From an uncultured delta proteobacterium (lineage in GTDB: Bacteria > Desulfobacterota > Binatia > UBA9968), in contig CAVUVW010000015.1 of NCBI GenBank assembly GCA_963745035.1, forward strand, positions 300,414-364,413: DNA of 64,000 nt, given 5' to 3'. The notes below the pieces were generated by a model. That model was not told the origin of the DNA and searched no databases. It worked only from the letters and a program-made list of their open reading frames with translations. Positions 32,706 to 43,927 of this stretch are shown here, one piece after another (position 1 is the first letter of the stretch; every line of letters starts with the position of its first letter). The position numbers and the translations under genes are program-made.

Positions 32706-34742
32706 TCAGCTCCAGTAGCGGAGCTTGACAATGATCGCCAGCGCCACGGCGATCAAAATCCCATAAAGATAGCTGTTGATATTGCCGGTCTGAACTCGGC
32801 GAAACTTGTTGCCGGCCCAAAACGTGATGTTGGCAACCGCGTTGACGATGCCGTCGATGATGTAAGCATCGAACAGGCCGTTCAACCAGGAAATGAATCG
32901 GGTCACGCTCGCCGAGCCATTGACGATGCCGTCGATGACGTAGGCATCGAACGCGGACAAAACTTTGGCGAGCAGCAAGGAGCCGTTGACGAACAGAACC
33001 TGATAAATCTCGTCGACATACCACTTGCGGTCGAACAGCCGATAAAAAAACCCGCCCGCAAGATTGGCGAATACTGCCGGCGAAATGCTCTCGCGCCGGT
33101 ACATGAGGTAGGCGACGAAGGCGCCGCAGCGATGCCACGCCGACGGAGAGTGCCATCAAACCCCATTCCAAAGCATGGGAGCCGTGGTGCTCTTCGTGAT
33201 GAATCACCGGCTCGAGCCAATGCGCGAACTGGCTGCCGCCCAACACCGCCGGCAGGCCGATGAATCCGGCGAGCACAGCGCCGGCCGCCAAGCACGACAA
33301 GCGGCATCGTCATCACCGACGGCGATTCATGGAGGTGTTCCTGGGTATGATGGTCGGCGCGGCAGTCGCCGTAGAAGGTCATAAAGAGCTGGCGGAACAT
33401 GTAGAACGCGGTCATGCCGGCACCGCACAGGGCAAAGAACCAGATTTCCCAGTGGTGACCGGAAGCGGCGAGCCAGAGAATCTCGTCCTTGGAAAAGAAC
33501 CCCGCGAACGGCGGGAAGCCGGCAATGGCGAGCACAGAAATAAAAAACGTCGCAAAAGTGATCGGCATCCATGTCTTGAGCCCGCCCATTTTGCGCATGT
33601 CCTGCTCATGATGCATGGCGTGGATCACGCTGCCGGAGCCGAGGAACAAGCAGGCTTTGAAGAACGCGTGGGTCATCAAATGAAAAACCGCCGCGGCATA
33701 GCCGCCGACGCCGACGCCGATAAACATGTAGCCGAGCTGGCTGACCGTGGAATAGGCTAGGACTTTCTTGATGTCGTACTGGGTGAGCGCAATCGTTGCG
33801 GCGACCAGCGCGGTGGCGACGCCGATGACGGCGATCACATTCAAAGTGTCCGGCGCCATGGAAAAGAAAACGTTCATGCGCGCGGTCATGTAAACGCCGG
33901 CGGTCACCATGGTGGCGGCATGGATGAGCGCGCTCACCGGCGTCGGCCCGGCCATGGCGTCGGGAAGCCAGACAAACAAGCGGAATCTGCGCCGATTTAC
34001 CAGTCGCGCCGACAAAGAGGAACAGGGTCGCCACGGTCGCCACCGGCATGCCCCAGATCATCATGTCCTTGATCGACGGCGCCCATTTCACCATATCGCG
34101 AAACGTCAAGGTGCCGTGCCCCTGCGCGTCGAGCGACCAGAACAGCAAAAACATGCCGAGGACGAAACCGAAGTCGCCGACCCGGTTGACGATAAAAGCT
34201 TTATTGCCGGCGCGAGCGTTGGCATGGTCGGTGTACCAAAAGCCGATCAGCGCGTAGGAGCACAAACCGACGCCCTCCCAGCCGACAAACAACAGCAGCA
34301 GGCTGTCGCCCAATACCAAGGTCAGCATGGCCGCGGTGAACAAATTGAGATAGGCGAAGAAGCGCCAGAACGCCTTGTCGTCGTGCATGTAGCCGGTGGC
34401 GTAGATGTGAATCAAGCCGCCGATGCCGGTGACGATGAGGATCATGACGGCCGAGAGCGGGTCGACCATGAAGGCCATGTCGACCTTCAGCGAGCCGAGA
34501 TCGATCCAGCGATAGAGATTATCGATGAGAAAGCGCTTTTCCGGTTCGAGACCGACGAGAATGAAGAACGCCCAAACCGACAGACCGAAGGCGATCACCA
34601 CCGGCGCGCACGCGATCAGTCCGATGGCGCCTTTGCCCATGCTCTTCTGGATCTTCGCGCCTAATAGGCCGTTAACGATCGCGCCGAGCAACGGCAAGAA
34701 AACGATCCAGCGAATAAAATCTGTCTGTATCGGGTTTTCCAT
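32706..34742 (-). CDS. nuoL: NADH-quinone oxidoreductase subunit L (several indels)
   Basis: GWEGVG; NRVGD; GKSAQ...[22 protein letters not shown]. Confidence 0.95.
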
Positions 34743-34750
34743 AGAGTTAC

Positions 34751-34850
34751 AGTGAGAAGAAGTCCGTGAACAGTGAACCGCGCATAGATTCAACTTTAAT
34801 GTGCGTCTGGAATCTCCTCACGCCTCACTTCTCACAACTTAACCTTCACT
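34751..34850. repeat. Degenerate heptamer tandem-repeat hairpin between nuoK and nuoL
   Basis: agtgaga...gtgaaca gtgaacc ... tctcctc acgcctc acttctc acaactt aaccttc act. Confidence 0.6.
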
Positions 34851-34853
34851 ACT

Positions 34854-35165
34854 TTACTCTTTCAGCGTTTCCGCCGCTTCGACATCGATGGTATTGAAGA
34901 GCTGGAAGATCGCGAGCACGATGGCCAAGCCGACCGCCGCCTCCGCGGCGGCCAGCATGATCACGAAAATCGCATAGATCTGCCCGTCGGCGTTGCCGCT
35001 ACCAAAATGCGAGAACGCGACATAATTGATATTAGCGCTGTTGAGGATAAGCTCGACGCCCATCAACACGCTGATCGCATTGCGCCGCGTCAACACGGTG
35101 AAAAGTCCGAGGGCGAAGAGAATCGCGCCGATGATGAGATAAGAAGAGAGGTCGTTCGGCGACAT
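34854..35165 (-). CDS. nuoK: NADH-quinone oxidoreductase subunit K
   Basis: RRNAISVLMGVELILN; AAAEAAVGLA. Confidence 0.96.
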   Translation of the reverse strand: MSPNDLSSYLIIGAILFALGLFTVLTRRNAISVLMGVELILNSANINYVAFSHFGSGNADGQIYAIFVIMLAAAEAAVGLAIVLAIFQLFNTIDVEAAETLKE

Positions 35166-35166
35166 G

Positions 35167-35667
35167 CTACTCTTTGATCTCCTTGCGCGACAGCACGACC
35201 GCGCCGATCATGGCCGCAAGCAAAACCAAAGAGGCCAGCTCGAACGGAAGCAGATAGGTGTAGAGAAAAAGATCGCCGATCTTTCCCGCCGTGGCTTCGT
35301 AAACCAGTTGCTTCGCCTTGACCCATGGGGTTTCCATGGCGGTGTCGATCAAGAGATAAGCGAGGACGCCGACAACGATCAGCGCGGGAATTGTTCCGGC
35401 GGATCGGTTGGTGACCTGCACGTCGGTTATGCGGTGGGTCAACATGACCGCGAATAGAATCAGCACGAGAATGCCGCCGACATAAATCAGCACTTGAACC
35501 GCCGCCACGAAGTCGGCGCCGAGGAAAACATAAAGCCCGGCGACGCCCATAAACGTGCCGAGCAGAGAGAACGCCGAGTAAATAATATTGCGGGAAAACG
35601 CCACCATCGCGGCGGAACCCACCGTAATGAGAGCGATTAGATAGAAAACCGCCGTCGAAACGTCCAT
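35167..35667 (-). CDS. nuoJ: NADH-quinone oxidoreductase subunit J
   Basis: QVLIYVGGILVLILF; PFELASLVLL. Confidence 0.95.
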   Translation of the reverse strand: MDVSTAVFYLIALITVGSAAMVAFSRNIIYSAFSLLGTFMGVAGLYVFLGADFVAAVQVLIYVGGILVLILFAVMLTHRITDVQVTNRSAGTIPALIVVGVLAYLLIDTAMETPWVKAKQLVYEATAGKIGDLFLYTYLLPFELASLVLLAAMIGAVVLSRKEIKE

Positions 35668-35788
35668 ATCATTCTATAACTGTTGGGATCGCGGAAAGTT
35701 GAAGATGTTTTCGGTCACTTACCGGAAGATCCGACTCGAATCAAGGGGTAAAAACGCGGCACTTCTTTCGCTACCCCGCATCAGCGTA

Positions 35789-36356
35789 TCAACTGCCGCC
35801 CTCCTCTGCTGCGGCCCCTCCACCGTCCGGCGTGGCAAACTCATCGAGGTACTTCTGTCCGATATCGACTTTCGTAGCGAGCTTTGGATCGGTCTCGCCA
35901 CCCTTCTTCGGCTTGTAAAGGTTCTGCATCTGCGGCGCGAAGTGGCGCACCAGGCCGGCCGGGTTGTAGCTCGCGCCTTCAAATTCTTGCGAATGGCGAA
36001 TCGATCCGGTCGGACAGACTTCCGAACACAGCCCGCAATACATGCATTTGCAAACATCGATGTCGAAGTGAGTGAACTGGCGTTGCTTGGTTTCCTTATT
36101 CTGCGTCGATGCCGATCGTGATGCAGGTGATCGGACACACTCTTTCGCAGGCCAAACAGCCCGTGCAGATGTCGAGATCGACTTCAAGAATACCTCGGTA
36201 GCGGAGCGGCAAAGTATCCTGAATCGGCACCGGAATCTTGTCCGGATACTGAATCGTCATGGGACGGCGTATCAAATGCGAAAAAGTGATCGACATTCCC
36301 TCGAACGTCGAAGCGATCACTTGGCAAATATCTTTTCCGTAACTTAGAACACCCAT
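35789..36356 (-). CDS. nuoI: NADH-quinone oxidoreductase subunit I (indel near 36100)
   Basis: TIQYP; CTGCLACERVCP; CMYCGLCSEVCP. Confidence 0.93.
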
Positions 36357-36369
36357 AAAACCTCGATCC

Positions 36370-37567
36370 CTAGATATGCGGTTTAAAGTATAGCTCGGGC
36401 CGGGCGTTGTCGATCTGAAATTTCACCCGTATGACGAATAGGATGACGATTGCGATACCGAAGCCCAAGGTCGCCGCGCCGATGACGCGACGCAGGTCAT
36501 CGGGCACGAACATAAATCCGATGGTACCGAGCAAGCAGACAAACGACAGCGGCACCATATATTTCCAACAAAGCCCCATCAATTGATCGACGCGCACGCG
36601 CGGCAAAGTCGCGCGCACCCACATGGCGACAAAAACCCACAAATACGCCTTTAAGAAAAACGTTGTGAACTGCGCGATGCCGAGCAGCACCGGACTATTT
36701 TCGAAAATCGGCAGCGGCGGCACCTGCCATCCGCCCAAAAAGAGCGTGGTCGCGACCGCGCCGATGACGTAGAGATTGCCCCACTCGGCGAAAAAGAAGA
36801 ACAGAAAGCGCATGCCGCTGTATTCGGTGACATAGCCGGCGACGAGCTCCGATTCGGCTTCGGGAATGTCGAACGGCGTGCGGTTGCCTTCGGCGAGCGC
36901 CGCGGTGAAGTAGAGAAAAAACGCCGCAAAAGTGAATGGATTATGGAACAGGAACCAATCCCACGGTCCCCAACCTTGCGCCTTGATGATGCCCTGCATG
37001 CTCATCGTGCCGGCAAGAAACACGATCGTCACGATCGATACGCCCGCGGGAATTTCATAGCTGACGATCTGTGCCGCCGAGCGCATGCCGCCGAGCAGCG
37101 ACCATTTGTTGTTCGACGCCCAGCCCGCCATGAGGATGCCGACGACCACCAGCGACGTGACCGCGAGAACGTACAGGATACCGATGTTGAGATCGGCGAC
37201 GATCAGAGCTTGCGCCGAAGGGAATGACGACGAAGGTGCAGAGAAAGCCCATGAACACGATATACGGCGCCAGAGAAAACAGCTTGGAATCGGCCGCGGC
37301 AGGAATCAAATCTTCCTTGAGCAGATTCTTGATGCCGTCGGCGAGCCACTGAAGAATCCCTTGCGGCCCGACCCGGTTGGGCCCGACCCGCGACTGCATG
37401 CGCGCCCAAACCCGCCGTTCGAGCCAACTGGTCACGCCGGCAAGCGGCGCGACGAAAACCGAAAGCACGACGAAGGCGACGAGCACCATCGCAAGCGCAT
37501 AAACGACTTCTTTCGGCATACCGGCGAAGGCGCCGTCTTGAATCAACTGATCAATATAAGGTTGCAT
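36370..37567 (-). CDS. nuoH: NADH-quinone oxidoreductase subunit H (indel near 37210)
   Basis: GPNRVGP; ADGIK; NRTPFDIPEAESELVAGY. Confidence 0.95.
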
Positions 37568-37587
37568 GATTTATCTACGACTCGAAT

Positions 37588-38729
37588 TCAGCGATCGATC
37601 TCGGGCGCGTCGACATCGAGACTGCCGATCAAAGCGATCAGGTCCGCGAGCATGATACCCTTGCTGAGCTTATCGATGATGGCCATAGCGGTAAACGATC
37701 CCGTGCGGATACGCACCCGGTAAGGATACTCGCTGCCGTCGCTGACGACGTAAAAGCCCATGTCGCCGCGCGGCGCTTCGACCCGAGCGTAGCATTCGCC
37801 CGCCGGCGGTCTGAACTTGCGCGGCACCTTCGAAATCGCCGGCCCCTTGGGCATCATCTTCAGACACTGGCGTAAGATTTTGCAGCTTTCCTGCATTTCG
37901 CGGATGCGCACCCAGTAACGATCGAAGCTGTCGCCGAGCGTGCCCACGTGCGCGGTGCCGATCGGCACTTCGAATTCCAATTCAGGATAGACGGAATAAG
38001 GAATATCGCGCCGGATATCCCATTTGATCCCCGAGCCGCGCAGGTTCGGCCCGACCAGATTGTACGAAAACGCGTCTTCTCTGCTGACGATCGCGACTCC
38101 GGCCAAGCGCTCAATGAAAATCTTATTGCCCGACAGCAGACGATTGAACTCATCGACGATCGGCTCGAGATGATCGATAAACTCGCCGATCTTGGCGAGC
38201 AAGTCTCCGGAACGATATCGTAGCCGACGCCGCCGATGCGGATATAATTGTAGGTCAGCCGCGCGCCGCAGATCTCTTCCATCAAGTTATTGACGGTTTC
38301 CCGCTCTCTGAGCGCGTGCACGAACGGCGTCATGGCGCCGATGTCCTGACCGAAAGTGCCGACGGAGATCAGATGGCTGGCGATGCGGTTGAGCTCGCAG
38401 GCGATCACGCGGCAAAACTCGCCGCGCCGGGTCACCTCGGTGCCGGCAAGCTTTTCCGCCGCCATGCAGAACGCCTGATTGGCGAACATCGCGGCTAGAT
38501 AATCGGCCCGATCGGTATACGGCACGTAGCCGTGATAGGTCACCTTCTCGCCGATTTTCTCGATCGAACGATGCAGATAGCCGACGTCGGGGATGGCCTC
38601 GCTGATGACTTCACCGTCGGTCTTGACCACAAAGCGCAGCACGCCATGGGTGCTCGGATGCTGCGGCCCGACACTGATGGTCATGTCTTCGGTATTTAGA
38701 CCGGTCCCTGTTTCAATCGATTCGTTCAT
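37588..38729 (-). CDS. nuoD: NADH-quinone oxidoreductase subunit D (indel near 38200)
   Basis: [12 protein letters not shown]; GYLHRSIEK; EAPRG; EIDR C-terminus. Confidence 0.95.
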
Positions 38730-38732
38730 AAT

Positions 38733-39240
38733 CTAGCGCAGCAGTTTTTCCACCAATGGCGCGCGTTGCGTGCTGATGCCGTCGTATTCTTCCTGTTCGA
38801 CGTAGTCTTTGCGCAGCGGATAGCCCGTCCAATCTTCGGGCAACATGATGCGTCTAAATCGCTGTGGCCGTCGAAAATCACGCCGAACAAGTCATAGATT
38901 TCGCGCTCGAACCAATTGGCGACCTTCCAGACACCCTCGACGGTTGCGAGCTTCGGGTTGTCGCGCGGCAGATCGACTTTGAGCACGATCTGATGATTAT
39001 GCTTGTAAGAAAACAGGTGATAGACGACTTGAATTTTTTCGTCTTTCGGCCAATCGAGCGCGGTCAAGTCCGAAAGAACTTCGAAATCCATCCCGGCGCG
39101 GTCGCGCAGAAAACGGCAGACCTCCACGATCGACGATCCGTCGCGACGGTCAAATAGGGCTCCAAGACCTCGGCCTTTAGATCGCTGACTTGACCGGGGA
39201 ATTGCTGCTCTAAAGCGGCGTAAATCTCTTGTGCGTCCAT
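38733..39240 (-). CDS. nuoC: NADH-quinone oxidoreductase subunit C (indels)
   Basis: ANWFEREIYDLFG; shifted frame gives GYPLRKDY. Confidence 0.92.
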
Positions 39241-39254
39241 TGGCCGGGTCCGGC

Positions 39255-39770
39255 CTACGCCTCAGCGGCCCGCTCCTCCGCCGGACGCGACGGCTTGACC
39301 AGCCAGCGCTCGCGCATCATTTTGTCTTGAATCCGCAGCAGCCCTTCGGTCAGCGCCTCCGGCCGCGGCGGACATCCCGGCACGTAAACGTCGACCGGAA
39401 TGATCTTGTCCACGCCTTTGCAAACCGAGTAGGCCAGCTGAAAGAGCCCGCCGCAGTTCGAGCAACTGCCCATCGAAATGACGTACTTCGGATCGGGCAT
39501 CTGGTCGTAGAGCAGCTTGGTTCGCTTGGCCATCTTGTAAGTCAGCGTGCCCGCGACGATCATCAGATCGGATTGCCGCGGCGTAGCGCGCGGCACCGCG
39601 CCAAAACGATCCAAGTCCGCCCGCGGCCCGCCGGTCTGCATGAGCTCGATGGCGCAGCAAGCCAGGCCGAAAAGCATGTACCACTGAGACGAAGCTCGGC
39701 CCCAGTTGAGAATGTCATCAACTTTCGTTGTGAAAACCGTCTCCGGCAGGGAATTGATCAAAGGTTTCAT
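39255..39770 (-). CDS. nuoB: NADH-quinone oxidoreductase subunit B
   Basis: FGLACCAIE; [14 protein letters not shown]; [11 protein letters not shown]. Confidence 0.97.
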   Translation of the reverse strand: MKPLINSLPETVFTTKVDDILNWGRASSQWYMLFGLACCAIELMQTGGPRADLDRFGAVPRATPRQSDLMIVAGTLTYKMAKRTKLLYDQMPDPKYVISMGSCSNCGGLFQLAYSVCKGVDKIIPVDVYVPGCPPRPEALTEGLLRIQDKMMRERWLVKPSRPAEERAAEA

Positions 39771-39789
39771 CCCACGTCTCCTGACAGGA

Positions 39790-40176
39790 TCAAGCCCGGA
39801 CCTTTTTTATCCAATCCAGATCTCCCTTGACCCAGGCGTAAACCAACCCGAGAAAAAGAATGCCGACGAAAATCAGAATCTCAATCAACGCGAATACACC
39901 CACTCCGCCTTCGACCCAGCGCCGAAACACCGAAGCCACAGGGAAGAGAAAGGCGATTTCAACTTCGAAAATGATAAAGATCAGCGCTACAAGGTAAAAC
40001 CGGATGTTGAAGTTGACCCAGGCGCTGCCCATCGCCGGCTCGCCACATTCATAGGTCGACAATTTACGGGCTTGGGGATTGGATGGGCGCAGCAAGCGCC
40101 CGATCAGCAGATTGACTCCGACAAACCCAAGCCCTAATGCCGTAAACACTAGGACATTAGCAAAATCAAATAACAT
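39790..40176 (-). CDS. nuoA: NADH-quinone oxidoreductase subunit A
   Basis: YECGE; [14 protein letters not shown]; KGDLDW. Confidence 0.96.
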   Translation of the reverse strand: MLFDFANVLVFTALGLGFVGVNLLIGRLLRPSNPQARKLSTYECGEPAMGSAWVNFNIRFYLVALIFIIFEVEIAFLFPVASVFRRWVEGGVGVFALIEILIFVGILFLGLVYAWVKGDLDWIKKVRA

Positions 40177-40394
40177 CGCAATTTTCCGAAATTACACCGA
40201 GAGAAGAGTCTATCATCTTAATAACCACAAAAGCTCCGCAGAATCAACCGATTGCGCGGTGAGCGGACGACCGTTTTGTTTGCCATGCCGCGCTTTTTTG
40301 ACTAGAGTCAGCGCCAATTCCTATAGATATTGTTTCACAGTGCCCCACACATGCCAAGCACGCGTCCGTTCAACGAAAAAGGAGCCAGGAAGCC

Positions 40395-41360
40395 GTGACA
40401 CTGGGGTCGAAAGCCTGGACGGCAATGCTGATTCTCGCGGCATATTGCGCCGTCGCGGTCGCGGCCGCTCATGGTCAAGATCGCTTGCCCATAGTTCGCA
40501 CCGCCTACAGCGCCCTTTCGGCGGGGATAGGCACGCTCTGGCTGACCCAGGAAGATGGACATTTTAGGAAGCATGGTCTCGATTCCAATTTGATCTATAT
40601 CCGCGGCGGCACCACCGCGGTCCAGGCGCTTCTCGCCGGAGAAATCCAGTTTGGCCATCTGTCCCCCGCGCCGATGATGACCGCCTGGGCACAGGGCGCC
40701 GACTTTGTCTGGATCGGCACGACCACACACCAGATGGTTTTCACCCTGCTCGCCGAACCCACGATCACGAAAGGTTCCGATCTCAAGGGCAAGCGAATCG
40801 GCATCACGCGCATCGGCTCGGCCAGCGATCTGGCCGTGCGCACGGCGCTCGAACAATTCGGTCTCGGACCCAAGGATGCCACGATGATTTCGCTGGGCGG
40901 CATTCCCGACATCCTCGCCGCCATGCGCGCGGGGGCAGTGAACGCCGGAATTTTGTCGCCGCCGACCTCGACCGCTGCGCGCGACTTAGGCTACCGGCCT
41001 TTGCTGCATATTCCTGACCTGGGCAGGGAATTCACTTTTTCCGGGATTGCCGCCCGCCGTTCCTTCGTTCAAAGCCAACCTGGGATCGCGCGCGCTTACA
41101 TGGCGTCACTGACCGATGGCGCAAAAATCTATCGCGAAGACAGCCGCGCCGCGTTGCGTGTCTTGCGAAAATACTTGCGCGCCGACGAGCGCATTTTGGA
41201 AGGCGGTTACAAGGAATACGACGCGGCGATTACGAGCCCGCCATATCCCGGCCTCAAAGGCCTCGAGGCCGTGCGCGACAGTCTTGTGGATTCCACACCC
41301 CAGCTCAAGGGAGTTGATTTGCGAAAATTCGTCGACGATCGTTTCGTCAAAACAAAATAG
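40395..41360 (+). CDS. ABC substrate-binding protein, NMT1/SsuA-like
   Basis: Signal peptide; GHFRKHGLD; DLKGKRIGITRIGS. Confidence 0.88.
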   Translation: MTLGSKAWTAMLILAAYCAVAVAAAHGQDRLPIVRTAYSALSAGIGTLWLTQEDGHFRKHGLDSNLIYIRGGTTAVQALLAGEIQFGHLSPAPMMTAWAQGADFVWIGTTTHQMVFTLLAEPTITKGSDLKGKRIGITRIGSASDLAVRTALEQFGLGPKDATMISLGGIPDILAAMRAGAVNAGILSPPTSTAARDLGYRPLLHIPDLGREFTFSGIAARRSFVQSQPGIARAYMASLTDGAKIYREDSRAALRVLRKYLRADERILEGGYKEYDAAITSPPYPGLKGLEAVRDSLVDSTPQLKGVDLRKFVDDRFVKTK

Positions 41361-41388
41361 TCTTGGTCTTCGCATCCGAGATCTGACG

Positions 41389-41419
41389 TTTGAACCTTGA
41401 ACATTTGAACTTTTGAACC
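41389..41419. repeat. TTTGAACN 7/8-mer tandem repeat (single arm)
   Basis: tttgaacc ttgaaca tttgaact tttgaacc, just before the hydrolase Shine-Dalgarno. Confidence 0.7.
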
Positions 41420-41432
41420 GGCCGGAGGCCAG

Positions 41433-42645
41433 ATGAGAATCGAAACCGAACGTAAAATGCGTCGCTGGCGCGAGCAGCGCTGGATCCTGGATCAGGTGAT
41501 CCAAACCCGCGGCATCGACTGGGACCAGGGCCGGACCGGCAAAATCATCCGCAACTGCGGCCCGGGCGTAGAAGCCGATCTGCAAGAAATTTGCCGGCGC
41601 ATCCAAAAATTCGTCGATATCCCGCGCGAGTTCTCCAGCGCGGCGGCGCGGCGCGAGGAACAAGGGCGCGCGGCCGAATCTTCCGGCAATCTCGCTCAAG
41701 CGCGCGAGCACTACTATATCGCCGCCTGCTTCTACACCAACGCCATGTGGGCGATCTACGAAGACGGCAATCCGCAGCGCATCGCCTGGCAGGAGCGCAA
41801 GCGCGCTTGTTACGACAAGTTCATCAAGTACGCCGGCCGTCCCATCGAGCGGGTCGGGCTGCCGTATGGAGACAAAAAGATCCAGGCGATTTTGCATCTG
41901 CCGCCGAATAGAAAATCCAGCGAGAAAGTGCCGTGCATCATGTACATTCCGGGCATGGACGGCGTCAAAGAAGACAATCCGGCGAGCGGCGATCCGTTCA
42001 TCGAGAAGGGCTTTGCCGTGCTCGCGATCGATGGCCCCGGACAGGGCGAGACGCGCGAAGGCGGCATTCCCTGCACCGCATCGAACTACGCAGACGCCGG
42101 CAAGCTCGCCTGCGATTATTTGGTGAAGCGCCCGGAGATCGACGCCGATCGGCTCGGCGTCATGGGCTCGAGCATGGGATCGTACTGGGCCCCGCGCGTC
42201 GTCGCCGAAGAAAAACGCTTCAAGGCCTGCGCCGTGAGCGGCGTGTGCATGGAGCCGGGCCAATACGCGATTTTCAACATGTCGTCGCCGACCTTCAAGC
42301 TCAATTACATGTACATGTCTGGCTACGACGACGAAACCGAGTTCGATGAATTCTGCTAAAACGCTTTCGCTCCGCGGCGTGACCTCGAGAATCACCTGCC
42401 CCTACATGGTCGTCGCCGGCGAGGACGACGAGCACTGCGACATGAAGTTCGTCTATGAGCTCATGGGGGAAATTCCCGCGCCGAAACTCCTCTACGTCTT
42501 CGAAGGCGAACGCCATTCGATCCGCAATCCCAAGGCACGTCCTCTCGTCGTGAACTGGCTGGTGGACACTTTGCTCGGCAAACCTTTCAAATCGGAAATC
42601 GTCCGCATCGACACCAGCGGCAGGGAAGAGCGCCGGGGATGGTAA
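41433..42645 (+). CDS. Alpha/beta hydrolase (FrsA/DHPON-hydrolase-like; indel near 42355)
   Basis: PGMDGVKE; DGPGQGE; nucleophile GSSMG; GEDD...H in the shifted frame. Confidence 0.85.
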
Positions 42646-42651
42646 AAAGAC

Positions 42652-42712
42652 CGAGGATGGAGAATGGAGGATCGAGGATGGCGATCTTCTATCCTCTATC
42701 CTCGATCTTCGG
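42652..42712. repeat. GAGGATG heptamer tandem-repeat hairpin
   Basis: gaggatg gagaatg gaggatc gaggatg gc gatcttc tatcctc tatcctc gatcttc. Confidence 0.85.
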
Positions 42713-42742
42713 CCAATGGTCGATCCTTCGCCGAGGCGAGCG

Positions 42743-43906
42743 GTGAAGATCGCCTACGGTGAGCTCATCGGCGGCGTGAGCGGCGATATGTTCGTCGCCG
42801 CGCTGCTCGATCTCGGCCTGTCGCTAAATAAGATCCGCTCGGAATTAAGGAAGATTCCGACGCTCAAATTCGAGCTCAAGGCCGCAAGGAAACACGTCCA
42901 CTCGATCCGCGCCACGCAGTTTCACGTCATTTGCGCCAAAGATGAAGCGCCGCGCTCGTGGAAACAAATCCGCGATCTGATCACGCGCAGCAAGCTCGAT
43001 CCTCGGATCAAGACCACCGGCCTCGAAATATTCGCTGGCCTCGCCCAAGCCGAAGCGAAAGTCCACGGCATCGCCGTGGACAAAGTGCACTTCCATGAAG
43101 TCGGCGCCACGGATTCCATCGTCGACATCATGGCGGCGGCAATCGGCGTCCATGAACTCGGCATCGATGCCTTTCATTTTTCACAAATTCCGTTAGGCCG
43201 CGGCATCACCCGTTCCCAGCACGGCCCGCTGCCGGTGCCCGGCCCCGCCACTCTGGAACTGCTCAAAGGACTCCCCGTCTTCGGCGTCGAGATCGAGGCT
43301 GAAACGGTAACCCCCACCGGCGCCGCGCTTGTCCGCGCCTTGGGGAAAAATTTCGACGCTCAACCCGCTATGACGATCGACAAAATCGGCTACGGAACGG
43401 GCCAAAAAGATTTTCCGACTCGCCCCAATCTGTTTCGCCTGGTCGTCGGCGCTACTGACGCCGGCTGGTCACAGGAACAAATGCTTGTGATCGAAACCAA
43501 CATCGACGACATGAATCCGCAGTTCTACGATCACGTCATGGAGCGGCTCTTCGCAGCCGGCGCCCGCGATGTTTTTCTTGCGCCGATTCAGATGAAGAAA
43601 AGCCGCCCGGGGACCTTGCTCAGCGTCATTGCCGAACCTCGCGATCGGGAAAAGCTCGCGAGAATTATCTTCCACGAGACATCTACCATCGGCATTCGCC
43701 ACTACCCAATCGGCCGAATCATCTTGCAACGCGAATCGAAGAAGATAAAAACCCGCTACGGCGAAGTCGCGGTGAAGATCGTCGAGCAGCCGGACGGGCG
43801 CAAGCGAGCGATGCCGGAATACGACGACATCAAGCGCATCGCTGCGGCGAAGAATTTGCCCATCAAATTGATCCACGACGAAGTTATGCGCGTCGCCGGT
43901 AGCTAG
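42743..43906 (+). CDS. larC: Nickel pincer cofactor biosynthesis protein LarC
   Basis: GVSGDM; HFHEVGATDSIVDI; PVPGPAT; TPTGAA; ETNIDD; MKKSRPG; PEYDD. Confidence 0.93.
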   Translation: MKIAYGELIGGVSGDMFVAALLDLGLSLNKIRSELRKIPTLKFELKAARKHVHSIRATQFHVICAKDEAPRSWKQIRDLITRSKLDPRIKTTGLEIFAGLAQAEAKVHGIAVDKVHFHEVGATDSIVDIMAAAIGVHELGIDAFHFSQIPLGRGITRSQHGPLPVPGPATLELLKGLPVFGVEIEAETVTPTGAALVRALGKNFDAQPAMTIDKIGYGTGQKDFPTRPNLFRLVVGATDAGWSQEQMLVIETNIDDMNPQFYDHVMERLFAAGARDVFLAPIQMKKSRPGTLLSVIAEPRDREKLARIIFHETSTIGIRHYPIGRIILQRESKKIKTRYGEVAVKIVEQPDGRKRAMPEYDDIKRIAAAKNLPIKLIHDEVMRVAGS

Positions 43907-43927
43907 CGCCGGGCCGATAACCGCCCA

